Positions 47,571 through 60,395 of a stretch of 64,000 nucleotides of DNA are shown here, one piece after another. Below the pieces are notes generated by a model. That model made no database searches and was not told where the DNA came from. It saw nothing but the letters and a program-made list of their open reading frames with translations. A program made the translations under genes and the position numbers. The stretch spans positions 97,838,001-97,902,000 of the forward strand of contig CM052817.1 of NCBI GenBank assembly GCA_028534125.1, read 5' to 3'. The DNA is from Lama glama (lineage: Eukaryota). Within the stretch, counting starts at the first letter, position 1. Each line of letters opens with the position of its first letter.

Positions 47571-48357
47571 TCTGAATCTTTCTCACTTTCTTACCCACAA
47601 AGTGAGGGATTTGATCTATATCACAATCATTTTCAAGTATTTTTTTTTTGAAGCAGTAGAAGTTTTTGAATACCACCAACAAATTTTACATGGAATCCCA
47701 ATACATTAAACAGATGAAGCTAAACTGTTCTGATTGGAGTGAAAGTCCAGAACTACCTTCACTGGTTCTTTGTGTTTATTATGCCCAGAGTTTGACGTCC
47801 ATCCAAGCTTTCAATCAGTGCGTGTGCGGGAACGTGTGCACGTCCATGCACCTGTGCACAGGCAATCACAAATCTTTTCAGCACCTTTAAATCATGAATT
47901 ATTTCTTGGGCCAATACATATTCCTTGTGGGTTACGCATGTCAGTGGTCTAGTTTTCCACCTTCTATTTCCCCAAGGTAAGTCCCCTGACAATTTATGAT
48001 GAAAGGGGATTCATATTGATGCAGTGAATGATGATGATCCTTTGAAAATGTGTTGGCAGTCACACTTGCAAATGAAGAGTGGCACAGCCAACTGCAGGCA
48101 AGCCTGATTCAGGCGGGATCCTATAATGGGTGTCATCTATCTGTGCCACTGACTGTGGGTGCTGGAATTTTTACCAAAATTACCATTTGGGGCCCTCCCT
48201 GTTCAGATATCTATTTTTAACAATACACGAAAAGTTTCTTTTAATTCAAGACTATATAAAGACAAAAGAAGCATTTGGTTTAGTATAAATCCGAGTATCG
48301 TAATAACTGTATATATTTTACTAAATATTTAACTTACTTCTATGACATCTATACTTA

Positions 48358-48620
48358 GCAGCGCGGCTTGGTTGGGAGAGCCTTCAGACTCAGACTAAAC
48401 TGATTTTAAATCCCAGCTCTTTTCACTTGTTAGCTTTGTGACCTTGAGCAATTATTTTATCCTTGTTAAACCACAATTTCCTCATTATTAGTGGAAATGG
48501 AAATGAGAATTCATTCCTCTTTTAGGTTGCTATGAGACTTAAAAGAAAAACAAAATCCATTGTGGAGCCCAACAATGGACTCAGCTCACAGTAGATGCCC
48601 AACATCTATTAATTCATTTT
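48358..48620 (+). mobile_element. Near full-length MIR SINE
   Basis: 'ttaaatcccagctcttttcacttgttagctttgtgaccttgagcaatta...taggttgctatgagacttaaa...cacagtagatgcccaaca'. Confidence 0.85.
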
Positions 48621-49159
48621 TGCTTAAGAGGTGATGTGGTGCTGATATTGACTGACAGTCCGTCCTCAACCCCAAACTGGTGAGACTTGAGAACCAAATA
48701 TGGCCAAGGAGTGATACCAGGACAGCTTGGCTCCCTAGCTTATTTGATTCTTCTCTTTCTACCTCTGTGTCAGTTACTGATCATGCATCTTGAGCTGACT
48801 TGGATTTTTATGCTAATTTACAAAGATTCTCTGGTTCTTTGTTGTTTGTTGTTAAATGTTTACATACCACCAAGATGTAAATGTCTGCATTAACTCAAGC
48901 CTATCATCCTCTCAGCCTCTAATGCTATTGCACAGATTTACACAGTCAAAGCAAGAAGAAATCAGCTTTCTTTCAAAGTGTGCTCTGCAAACTATCTGCC
49001 ATTATCATAAGCTTACTTAGGTATGTGCTACCTCTCTCTCTCTCTCTCTCTCCCTCTCTTTAGCTTTCCTCATTAGACATTTTTTAGGTAGTAATGACTC
49101 CAATTTATATACCTCATGAAAATTTTTGCTCTTCTGTGTCGACAGCACTAACTATAGAA

Positions 49160-49318
49160 TTAAACTCTTACAAATTTAATGTGCAGACAAGATATTATTA
49201 AGTGTGCAGAGTCTGATTTAGTAGGTCTGGTGTAGAGCCTGAGATTCGGTGTTTCTAACAAGCACCCTGATGGTGTTCACACTGTTGATCCACAAACCTC
49301 AGTTTAGGTAGCAAAGGT
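49160..49318. mobile_element. MER5A-like hAT-Charlie DNA transposon
   Basis: 'tctgatttagtaggtctggtgtagagcctgagattcggtgtttctaacaagcaccc'. Confidence 0.8.
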
Positions 49319-50599
49319 CCAGGTACATCCCAGGCCACCTTGTCAATCATCCACTATTGCCCTCCTCCATCTCTTCTGCCCATCCAATTAGAATAAGCAG
49401 AGTTGGTTTTTCGTTTAGTTTTGTTTATGTATGAATTCCATTCCAGCCATGTTTGAAATACAAACAGATCCAAGAAAACCCTATTGCCAATTTGGAAATT
49501 TTTAGCTGTTTATCCCCAAAAATTATTTTCTAAAGGAAAAAAAAAAGCCAACAGAAACAAACTCACAACTTTGTGTCAGTTTTCAATGATGACCTCCTTT
49601 TATGAGACTGCCTTCTTTGCAAATTCAATCTTTTTTTTTTTTTTCCTTTGGCCATCTTGTAGGTTGATTTCCTAACTACAAAGAAACTGAAAAGCCCTCA
49701 TGGAAAAAAAAACCCCATTCTTGTGACTCTGAAAATTATTAAAGTAACATCAGCATGTGATTATGGCCAGTTCTCCACAGGCTGAGCATTTATAATAACA
49801 AGAACTCTTCCTTCCCAACTTCTTTTCAACAGTGAGCTATCTGTGAGTCCTATTTTATCAGTGAGAATGATGCGGACATGAACTGGGCCTTCATGGATTT
49901 GTTAGGTTGTCAGTAGTCAAACTGAAAGCCTATCGGGCAACCTGTGGGGCTTTCTCCGCAACCACCCCCGCAACAACCGCCCTGAATTCTAAAACACGAA
50001 GATATTCAGAAATGTCATAAACTTCGTTATTTTAAGAGCTGTTTCTTGAGAAAACTGTGGGCCAAGCATTCTAGAATATATTATCACTTAGACACAGATT
50101 TTCATTGACAACATTCTGTGGGCATCCACTTAATATTAAGCCAAGGAAATAATGGTCCTTGTTTCTTTCCCTTAAAATGACAGGAATAGTGGGTACTTGT
50201 TCCTTCTGAAAAACAGGAAATATCTAAGCCAGCAGTGTTCACACTGGTGTCATTACTTGTATCACTTCAGTTATCGATTGAACGTTGCCAAATTCTCCAT
50301 GATGCATCTGTCTACCAAGGAGGGAGAGGCTTGTGTGAGAGATTGACTCGTAAAGGTTACCTCAGGATCAAATGATACACAGCTCCCTGCCTTTTAAAAA
50401 GCTTTGACAGGCTGGCAACCCAGAGAGTCACCCAGGCACAGAAAATGGGGCTTCTTATGATTTTCAGAAATTAAGAGTGTACTGTTTTAATCTCGTTGGT
50501 ACAGAATTTGGACTTGATTCTTCAGAAGGGATGCCCAAACCAAAGAGCACTCATCAGTACTGTCTTCTGTCACCTTGAAGCAATGGAAGTCTGAGTATT

Positions 50600-50965
50600 T
50601 TCCGGGATTAGAACGCAGAAGTCCCTAGGAATTGCCCGGATCCTTGAATTTCTTGACTATCTGGTCATCTACAGGGTGGAAGGGGACGGGGACAGCGCAG
50701 CCAGGATCTGAGGTCCTGGATGAATTTCTCCACGGATCTCAGGGAGACTTCTTGTTGGTCTTTTTGCTAGCATTTGAATGGGTTGTATTTTATTTTGTCC
50801 TTTCTGTTGCATCTAGACTGATAATACGTGCCCTCCCCCTGCCCCCGGCCAGTCTTTCCCTGGGATCCGCACCTTTATAAACCCAAGAAGAGGAACCGTG
50901 GCGGCCTCAGCTTGTTTTACTGATTTGGAGCCTGCTATTGAGAGTCCTAGGATCAGTCACGTACT
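50600..50965 (+). promoter_or_regulatory. CpG-enriched promoter/enhancer-like segment with TATA box and two RCGTG (HRE-type) motifs
   Basis: 12 CpG in about 360 bp. TGATAA 50819-50824, TACGTG 50825-50830, C-rich Sp/KLF-like tract 50831-50846, TATAAA 50876-50881, CACGTA 50958-50963. Confidence 0.4.
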
Positions 50966-52399
50966 GGCTTCTTCCCTTTCACCCTTCCTTTCCTATTTTT
51001 ATTGTCCCAAATTTGCCTTTTTCCTTTTCTTGCCCTGCTCTGGGCGATTCATGCCATGTGCATCTGATCTCTCTCTTCATCCCTTTCAGGGAAGAAATTA
51101 ATTTCACATTTTAGGATTTTACCAGCAATACATTTTGAGGTTGCTGAAGGAAGTCCCCAAACTTATACAATTACCTCTAGGTTCACCTTTCTTGTGTCTG
51201 CCTTTACCTGTAATATGGTGTAAAGTGTAGGGCTTTACGCGTCATTTGGCAGGTTGGCTATTGTTTTTCTGGTCTTGGTGGAAGCTCAAGTATCTCTGAG
51301 CCCACGTGGCTATGTGCCCACCCAGTATATTTCTTTCTGGGTTCCTCTTCCCCATGCTGTTTGCATGAGTTGTGCAAGTGAGGGTTTGCTCACACTTGTG
51401 TAAGCAAAGATCCTCACACCATGGGTGGCGTCTGTATGAGAGAGAAGAGTATCTATTTAAAAGGTCAAAATAGGGATGATAAAGCTCAGATGAGGATAAA
51501 CTAGAAATCCAGCCACAGGACAACACTGTGATACTTTGATGATTGGATTGTCTCCAAGATCCTTGTCTCTCTCTCTCTCTCTCTGGAAAACTACCTTACA
51601 TTGGACACTCCTTTCTTTAGACCAACAGTTAAGACAACCAGCAGGTGACAGAGACCCTCCTTGAACAAAAAGCTATTTCATCTCCCATGGATCAGAGATG
51701 AGTTTCATTTATTCATTTTGCTGCAAGAAGACTCAGCAGCAAGAAGGAAGTTTCTCAGATGCAGTTCTAAATTCCCACTGAAGAAGATGTCCTTAGGTTT
51801 CCCTCAATCTTTTTCTCTTTCCTTTATGCCCAGAACTAATACAGAAAATAGAGACGGTAAAAAAGCATGTAGTCAAAATAAAAGGAAGTTCGGATAAAGC
51901 CCTCTTCCTAGGTAAAAGAAATCAAAGTTGTTGCTGTGTCTCCCATTACAAGCTGCTATTGCCTTTCAAGAATCAATGACTACTGCTGGAGTCAGCTGTA
52001 GCTTCCAGAATTCTCTCTGAGAGCTGTTGTACTAACCTTCAAGGGGACTCTGTCTCCTGCGAATCAGTGACTCCTTCCTGGACTCTGGTCTCACTTCAGG
52101 GGAGAGGCTGTTCCCTTCTCCTTGAGAAGAAGTGCAGCCAGCCTTGGTGCCCATCCAGAATGTCCTTTTACATTAGAAACAACATTTCTTCAATGCTCAA
52201 TCAGTGGACTGTCCAAACTGGATAACGGCTAAAAGAGAGGCACAGTGAATGCAGTAGTCCCTCACTGGTTATTCATTTTCCTCTAATTAAAAGAAAAAAA
52301 TCTGCAGTCTTTCTGATGGGTCCAGGAACTCCCTGAGGGGGAACAGATATGGAGCTGCTCCATTTTAACTTCGGGTATTGGACCCATGCAAGGCGTGCT

Positions 52400-53190
52400 C
52401 TTGATCTACACTCCACGCTCCAGCCTCATGTTTCTGCTCCATGACTGACAGTCCCTACCCTGTACCAAGGGACAATCTGTCTCCACAGCTCGCCCACACA
52501 AGGATGGAGTTGTGGTTGATGCGGCAGCCAGGACTGCAGCAACAGGCACAGATGCCAGACGACACAGGTGGTTGGGAGCATTGAGAGTCACCAAGGAGAC
52601 TCGGAGACGACCAGCACATTCATTATCAGGGTGGGATATATCCGGAGGCATCATGATAGTGTCCCAGTCTAAAACAGTCTGAGCCAAGTGACGAACACTG
52701 ACTCCCAAAATGTGTCCATCACATCCAGAAATGTTAACGAATGTAATACCAGTTACCATTCACTAAAAATTCACTGTAAGTTTTCTCTGTACACCACTCG
52801 ACTTCAGTGCTTCTTCTGACTTGTGGAGGTAAAACAGGATGAAGGATGTCTTCTGGTGGCCAATGTCTCTACCTCTAGAGTTCATGGTATAATCAGAAAA
52901 AAGTACAGAATTTTTCCAAATATTTTCTCTCAAGATGACCCATTGGATGACTATTCAGATACCAAGAAACCATTTCCCAGGTGCTGAAGTATTGTTGGCT
53001 ATACTGAACTATCTCAAGAAGTTGAATGTATTTAGTGCTTCTTGTTTCAAAGAATGAGGAGAGTAACATCTTCTAGTGGTCTAGGAGAGGTTAAGCAACT
53101 TATGACCTTAATGAGATCATACAATAACATGACTCTCGATCTTCCTTTTCTAATGATTACTCAAACTTTGATGAGAAAACAGCATCATTC
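52400..53190. pseudogene. Unassigned mRNA-like segment, possible old processed pseudogene
   Basis: No repeat match recognised. GC-rich, CpG-decayed left end grading to AT-rich. One + frame runs about 200 codons with only four stops; the longest minus-strand ORF in the track (117 aa) overlaps it. Parent gene not recognised. Confidence 0.3.
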
Positions 53191-53199
53191 TTATCCTTC

Positions 53200-54335
53200 G
53201 TTTTCTTTTTCAATCCTATATACAATACATCCCTAATAGAGTCCTGTTGATTCTTTTGAATCTGTCTCTTTCTCTTCATTCCCATTGGGTAATTGTGGTT
53301 CCTAGCATTACCATACCTGCCATGAACGCTTTAATGAAATTTTAACATGTATATCTGTCTGCAGTCTATCTCTAATCTCTTTGAATAATCCAGAAGAGCT
53401 GTTCTAAAACACAATCTAATTACTTCACTTCACTCTTTCCTGTTTTCATTTTTCTCCCTAGCACTTACCACCTTTAAATTTACTGTATTTACTTTATCTT
53501 ACATTTACTAAATTTACTTTCTTTCTTACTTACTTTGCTTATTGTCTGCCTTTTCCCATTTGACTATGAGCCCCATGAAATCAGGTGTTCTTGTCTGTTT
53601 CTTCATGACTGTTAAATGCTGAGTCTAGAAAAGGCCTGGCATATACTAGGTGCTCAGTAAATACATTTGAATGTTTGAAATCCTCTGCTTAAAAATCTAC
53701 CTTGCCTTTCTGTATCTTCCAGAACGAAGTACAAACACTTTGACGTTGGATTTAAGAGAATTTGCTTGCTGATCTCAACCTGAATTTTGACCTCATTTCC
53801 TTACATCTTCCTCTGCACAGACCTTTTGTCCAGGTAACCTAAATATCTTGTCATTCCTTAAGCTTGCTGTGTTTTTTTCATGCATCTCTGCATTTGCAAA
53901 TGTGGTTCTTCTTATCAGGAGAACCATTCTCAAGGCTGCCTAGAACCCAGCAGATGCTGATAATTGTCTCTTCAGTTATCAGCGTCCTGTCAAACACTTC
54001 ATCCATTTATCCATTCTTTACCTGATCAACCTCTATACATTCTTGGAGACCCAGGTGAAATTTTGTCACTCCTATGAAGTCTTCCTAGACTCCCTGAGTT
54101 GGGGCTGGGAGTTGGTCACATTTTCTCAGTGCTTTCATAATACTTTATATATAACTCTATTTTGCTTCCTATCAGGCTGAGTTGTAATTTATCTTGTATG
54201 CTTCCTTTGTCCTCCCCTGGACTATGCGATACTCCAGAGTAAGAAATGAGTCATTTATCAACTTGTCCCCAGTATATTTTACAGTGCCTGGCACATAATA
54301 AGCACTCAATACATGAATAATGAATAAATGAATAA
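53200..54335 (+). mobile_element. L2 3' region with a second L2 3' end nested at about 53430-53680
   Basis: Host reads '...tctaattacttcact' [insert] 'tcctctgcttaaaaatc...' and ends 'cagtgcctggcacataataagcactcaatacatgaataatgaataaatgaa'. The insert ends 'gcctggcatatactaggtgctcagtaaatacatttgaatg'. Confidence 0.8.
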
Positions 54336-56269
54336 GCTACTTGGAGTAGATATATGTTTTGGGAAGAAGAGATCATTGCTCTGGACTGAGGATGCAGCAG
54401 ATGAACTCTACAACATTCTATCCAGATACCTGAAAAATCTCAAGGAGCTCCTTTAGCATTTTTATATGAAAGGTATATTTCAGTTTTGCTAAAAATAATA
54501 ATTTACCTTATGTGACATTCTTAAAATAGCAACCAGATAACAGAAAAATCTCGGAGCTATAGACCAAGTAATATAACAGTGAATCATATATACTGATTAA
54601 AAGAAAAATGTTTAGGGCTCCTCAGGTCTCAATTATTGGTACATAATTCTCTAGGGAGCCCAAGAGAATGATGAATGACTAAGTAGGACCACATTTGGTT
54701 TCTAGAGCAGAAAAGTTAATCATTTACAAACAAACAAACAAAAATACAAATATTATGATTATCCTCATTTTTTAAAAAATGGTGAATGTGCCTCAAAGTG
54801 ACTTATTTAAGTTTAAATATAATTGGTTTTTAAAGTAGATACTCTTGTGTTTCCCAAATGCCAGAAAAGAAGAGCTGCTCAGCCATTTTCTTTCCCCATC
54901 TCTCATTCATGCCTCAAGCCTATGGCTTTTGTTTTCTGTTTTTTTTGTTTGTTTGTTTCGTTTTGTTTTTTGTTTTTTCTGAAGCTGCCCACAGAGAACA
55001 AAATAGGATGTTTGAAGGACATTGTGAATGGGCAGGTTAATGGGGCTTTTCCCAAGAAAGGGGGCTTCTTAAATGAACTGACAATTTTCTTTGTTGGTAC
55101 GAATGAAAATCTAGCAAAAAAAATCTCCTCTAAGCTTCACTTTTAGTGCTTTGTAAGGATGGAGACTGGCTTTGACATATTTCTGTGTGCCTATCTTAAT
55201 CCTCTAGGACTGAGAATTCCAAGCAAACTGCTGAACCTGCCGTGTTTGCCTATTTATCTGTCTTCCATCTGCACATAATAGAGACCTCACATTGTTCATT
55301 TGGGAGTCCCTGTGATTGTCCAAATGTCTATTACAAAATAGGGTGTCTTAGTCCTCTGGGGTAACTGGCCGTGGTACCAACAGACACAGATGGTGAATGA
55401 ATACATTAATATGCTCTGTTCATGGTGGAAATTGCACAGAAATAATATGTTAACTTGAGAAGGATTGCTTCCCATCTTTGTTACAGAATGTTTGAGACCA
55501 TGTCTGCATGTACAAAATGAAGTAGAGATTTAAGGCAATTATCTGGGTAATATTTGGGGGGAAAATAATAGCTACCTGATAGTAAAGGATCTGTGATTAA
55601 TTTTAATCTGAACCTCCTTAACCGGCAGACTTTCCTGATGGATTTCACCATATTTATCCTTTAATTTATCCTATCATGTTTCCTGTGTAGTAAGAATCAT
55701 AGTATCCTTGGGTGCTTGAAATGCAAAGCTGTGTTTCCTGGCTCTTAAGGAGAAAGGAGAAAAGAATGGCAATGTTTTCTTTGTAACTCAATTATTATTT
55801 ATAGGTCATAAAATAAAGAACTTAAGTTTTATTTATAAAGTGGTAAGCACAGTGTCTAACACCTTATAGAAACGGGACTGTGATGAAAGCAGTTTGTAAC
55901 TTTACAGATAATACTGTTGGAAATATTTGTAGATGGAACAGGGAATGATGATGGGGGTAATTAAATGATCTGGATTTACATGAAACTTTCAGCAGGAAAG
56001 GAATCCTGGGTTTTATTAAATCACATGCTGACACTCTAGAGGTCCTTTTGACAGGTTACACAAGAGCTATATATACATATATGGTAAGGCAAAGATCTCT
56101 GCTCATTATTCCTTCAAGTTTAGTACCTGAGTGTTGGCTGATCTTTTGCATGAAGACAATGCACATGAGGGACAGTCTGCTTTTCTTCTGCCTTAGACTC
56201 TTTTAACCCCACCTTCTTCTTGCTTTTTCCTATTTTGCTGTCCCTTCTGCTGATGTCCAGTGTATTTTT

Positions 56270-56637
56270 TTTTTCAGTCTTTAAAAATTTTTTATTTTAT
56301 CAAATTTCCCTTGAACATTGTAAGAGTCATCCAGGTTCCCTGCAATGAATAAAACAATGTAAGTATGCACGAAGAAAAATAATGAAGCATCTTCCCCTAC
56401 CCACTCACTCTGCACCCCAGTTCTTGATGGCTATATTCTATCAGCTTCTAGTCAGTGGTGATGTTAACAGCCTGTGTGCATCTTTGCCGTCTTCTCTTCA
56501 TGCTGCATCACATCTAAATGTATAGGAAAGTGTTTATGCACATGTACATTTTTGGCTGTCTTGACTTTTATGAAACTTGGATTATACTAAACACATCATG
56601 CTGCAATCTACTTTTGTCGCTGTGAAAAATCACCATG
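56270..56637 (-). mobile_element. Old L1 (L1ME-like) 3' UTR, antisense; continues at about 60400-61180
   Basis: 'gttaacagcctgtgtgcatcttt' and 'ggattatactaaacacatcatgctgcaa'; resumes after 60406 with 'agtgaggttgagcatcttttcacac'. Confidence 0.55.
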
Positions 56638-58996
56638 GATTCAGTAAGCAGCCAGGATGGAGGCATAGAAGGTTCCTGAACTCACCTCCTCTGATGAATG
56701 CACCAAAATCTACAGCTACATATGGAACAATTACCATTCAGAAAGGACTGGTAACTGGCTGAACAGCCCCTCCACAATAAGTGAGAAAGGCGCCACATCG
56801 AGACAGGTGGGAAAGACAGAGAAGTGATCTTGCCAAAACCCCCAACGCTAATACATTGACTTACAGTTGGGGGGGGGGTCTCACACATATAGAGCTACTC
56901 CCTGAGGAATGAGGGGTTTGTGCCCCACATTGAGCACCCTAATCTTTGGGACCTGTGCAGGAGAAATAATCTCCAAAATATCTGGCTTTGGAGACCAACA
57001 AGGCTAATGTCCAGGGACCCCAAGGGGTACATACAAACACATCCTTGCTAGGCAATGGGCATGCACCTGCCCTGCCCTCATCACTAAAACAACAGCCTGC
57101 TCCAACCTTAGCATGCTCTTGCAGCCTCACTAAAGTTGTTCTGCCTAATGGTACATAGACACAAACATGGAAAGTCAAGCAAAATGAGAAAACAGAAGAA
57201 TATATTCCAAACAAAAACAAGACAAAGCCTTAGAAAAAAAGATCTTAATGAATGGAGATAAGTAATCTACCTGATAAAGAGTTCAAAGTAATGGTCATAA
57301 AAGTTATCATAGAACTCAGGAGAAGAATGGATGAACACATTGAGAACTTCAACAAAGAGACAGAAAATATAAGAAAGTAACAAACAGAAATCACAGAGCT
57401 GAGGAGTACAGTAACCAAACTAAAATACACACTAGAGGGGTTCAACAGCAGATTAGATAAAACAGAAAATTGAATCAGCAACCTGGAGACAGGGCAGTGA
57501 AAATCACCCAAACAGAGCAGAAAAGAGAAATTAAAGAATTGGAGATGGCCTAAGGGACTTAGGGTACAGCATCAAGCAGAATAATCTTTGCATTATAAGG
57601 GTCCCAGAAGGAGAAGAAAGAGACAGATATGGGCAGAACACTTAATTGAAGAAATAATGGCTGAAAACTTCCCAAACTGGGGGAGGAAATAGACATTCAA
57701 TTAAAAGACAGAGTGGCTGGATGGTTAAAAAAAAAAAAACAAGACTCATTTATATGTTGCCTACAGGAGACCCACTTCACATGTAAGGACACACACACAG
57801 GCTGAAAGTGAAGGGATGGAAAAGATATTCCATGCAAATAGAAACAACAAAAAAAGCTGATATAGCTATACTTATATCAGGCAAAATAGACTTTAAAACA
57901 AAGATTGTAATAAAAGACAAAGAAGGACATTGCATAGTGATAAAGGAATCAATACAAGAGGATATAACATTTGTAGATATTTACATGCCCAACATAGAGT
58001 ACCTAAATATATAAAGCAAATATTAACAGATTTAAAGGGAGAAATTGACAGCAATACAATAACAGTAGGTGACTTTAATATCCCACTTATGTTAATGGAT
58101 AGATCACCCAGAAAGAAAGTCAATACAGAAAAATTGGCTTTAAATGACACAGTAGACCAGGTAGACTTAACAAATACATATTGAACATTCCATCCAAAAG
58201 TGGCATAATATACATTCTTCTCAAGTGCACATGAAACATTCTCTAGGCTAGATCACATTAGTCCACAAACAGGTCTCAATAAATTTAAAAAGATTGAAAT
58301 CCTATCAAGCATCTTTTTTAACCACAAAAATAGGAAACTGGAAATGAGTTATGAGAATAAAACTATAAAAATCACAAATATGTGGGGATTAAACAACGTG
58401 CTACTGAACAACCAATGGGTCAAGGAAGAAATCATAGGGAAATTTAAAAATTCCTAGAGACAAATGAAAATGGAACTACAGCATTCCCAAATCTATGCTA
58501 TGCCACAAAAGTAGTTCTAAGAGGGAAGTTCATAGTGATATAGGCCTACCTTAAGAAACAGGAAAATCTCAGATAAGCAATCTAACTTCATGCCTAAAGG
58601 AATTAGAACAAAGCCGAAGTTAGAAGGCAGGAAATAATAAAGGTCAGAGAGGAAATATAGAGTAAAAACACAATAGAAAAGATCAATGAAATTAAGAACT
58701 TGTTAAAGTAAAGGTAAACAAAATTGACAAACCTTTGCTTGACTCATCACAAGAAAAAAGGTAGAGGCCCAAATATATAAAATCAGAATTGAAAGAGGAG
58801 AAATTACAACTGGTACCATATAAATGTAAAAGATCAAAGAGATTGCTATGAACAATACATCAACAAACTGGGCAACCTAGAAGAAATGGATAAATTGCTA
58901 GAAACATGCAATCTTCCAACACTGAATTATGTGGATATAGAAAATCTGAATGACCAAGTACTAGTAAAGAGATCAAATCAGTGATAAAAACAAATC

Positions 58997-59028
<32 letters not shown>

Positions 59029-59098
59029 AACTTCCCAAAAGACAAAAGCCTAGGACCAGAGAGTTTCACTGGTGAGTTCTAAGAAAGATTCAAAGATT
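56638..59098 (+). mobile_element. LINE-1 5' portion: 5' UTR, partial ORF1, and ORF2 endonuclease to pre-RT region; internally deleted and decayed
   Basis: ORF1 remnant from about 57184 (..EISNLPDKEFKVMVIK..RRRMDEHIENFNKE..AENFP). ORF2 from about 57701 (ICCLQETHF; ORFs 57808..58014 and 57930..58184 with IAILISGKIDFKTK and TITVGDFNIPL). Many frameshifts and stops; (AAC)n at about 58996-59027. Confidence 0.92.
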
Positions 59099-59103
59099 TC
59101 ATG

Positions 59104-59280
59104 CAGTCATTCCTCAGCATCTGCAGGGAATTTGTTCCAGGACCCTCCGTGGATACCAAAATCAACCAACACACAAATCCCTTATATAAAATGCTGCAGT
59201 ACAGCGAGCCCATCACATTCGTGGGATCCATATTTGCAGATTAAACCAACTATGCATTGAATTTGATCCATGATTGGTTG
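59104..59280. mobile_element. MER2-like TcMar-Tigger DNA transposon, one end missing
   Basis: 'cagtcattcctcagcatctgcagggaatttgttccaggaccctccgtggataccaaaatc...aaatcccttatataaaatg'. Confidence 0.8.
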
Positions 59281-60395
59281 TGATCTTGAGTTGGGCAAAG
59301 TTGTCATAGACATGCTGTTGAAAGCATGATCCAAGAAACAATTGATAAATTAGACTTCACTAAAATTAAATTTTTTTACTCTTCAAAAGCCATTGCTAAG
59401 AGAGTGAAAAGACAAGCCACAGACTGGGAAAAATATTTGCAAAGTATATAACTGATAAAGGACTTGAATCCAAATCTATAAAAAATAAAGAGCGAAAAAA
59501 AAAAAACAAATAACCCAACTTTTAAAAAAGTGAGCAAAAGACTTGACTATATAGTTCACCAAGGAAGATATTTAGATATCAGATAAACACATGGAAAGAT
59601 GCCAACATAATTATAATTTCAATTATAAAATTGAAAATAAAACATCAGTTAGATACCACTACATAGCTATTAGTGTGGCTAGAACTTTAAATCATATGAA
59701 GTGTTCGGAAGGACTTAGTAGAACTCTAACTCTCATACACTGCTGATGGGAATGTAAAATGCTATAACTACTTTGGAAGACAGTTTGGCAGTTTCTTATC
59801 AAGTTAAACATACACTTACATATGATCCAGCCATTCCACCCCAGGATTTATTCAAGAGAAAGCATGTGTCCCCAGGAAGACTGGTACACACATTTTCATG
59901 TTTATTTGTAATAGCCAAACACTAGAAACAATGCAGATGTTCACCAATGGGTGAATAGATAAACAAGGTTGGTGTATCCATACAGTGGAATACTATGCAT
60001 CACTAAAAGGGGAATGAACCATTGATACATGAAACAACACGGATGAATCTCAAAACAATTATGCTTAGTGAAAGAAATTAGAAACTAAAGAGTGCATAAT
60101 TCTTCCATTTATGCAACCCTCTAGAAAATGTAAGCGAATTTATAGCGACAGAAAGCAGGTGGTTGCCTGCAGATGGGGAGAAGGGTGGAGAGGAAATTGC
60201 GGGTACTTTCCCCAGGGAAAGATTGCAAAGAGGCATGAGAAAACTTGGGGCTTAGGAAAAATACGTTCGTTATCTTGATTGTATTGATGGAGTCACAATT
60301 TGTGTGTGTGTGTGTGTGTATCAAAACTTTTCAAATTGTAAGCTTTAAATATATGTAAGTTATTCTATATCAATTGTATATCAATAAAGCTTTAC
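59281..60395 (+). mobile_element. LINE-1 3' end (L1MD-like)
   Basis: ORF2 C-terminal motifs ('gtgaaaagacaagccacagactggg', 'ctctcatacactgctgatgggaatgtaaaatg') and a 3' UTR ending 'caattgtatatcaataaagct'. (TG)n at 60301-60319. Confidence 0.85.

Noticed and set aside
57808..58184. Host endonuclease gene (ORFs 57808..58014 and 57930..58184)
   Set aside because: These are frameshifted fragments of the L1 ORF2 APE-like endonuclease domain.
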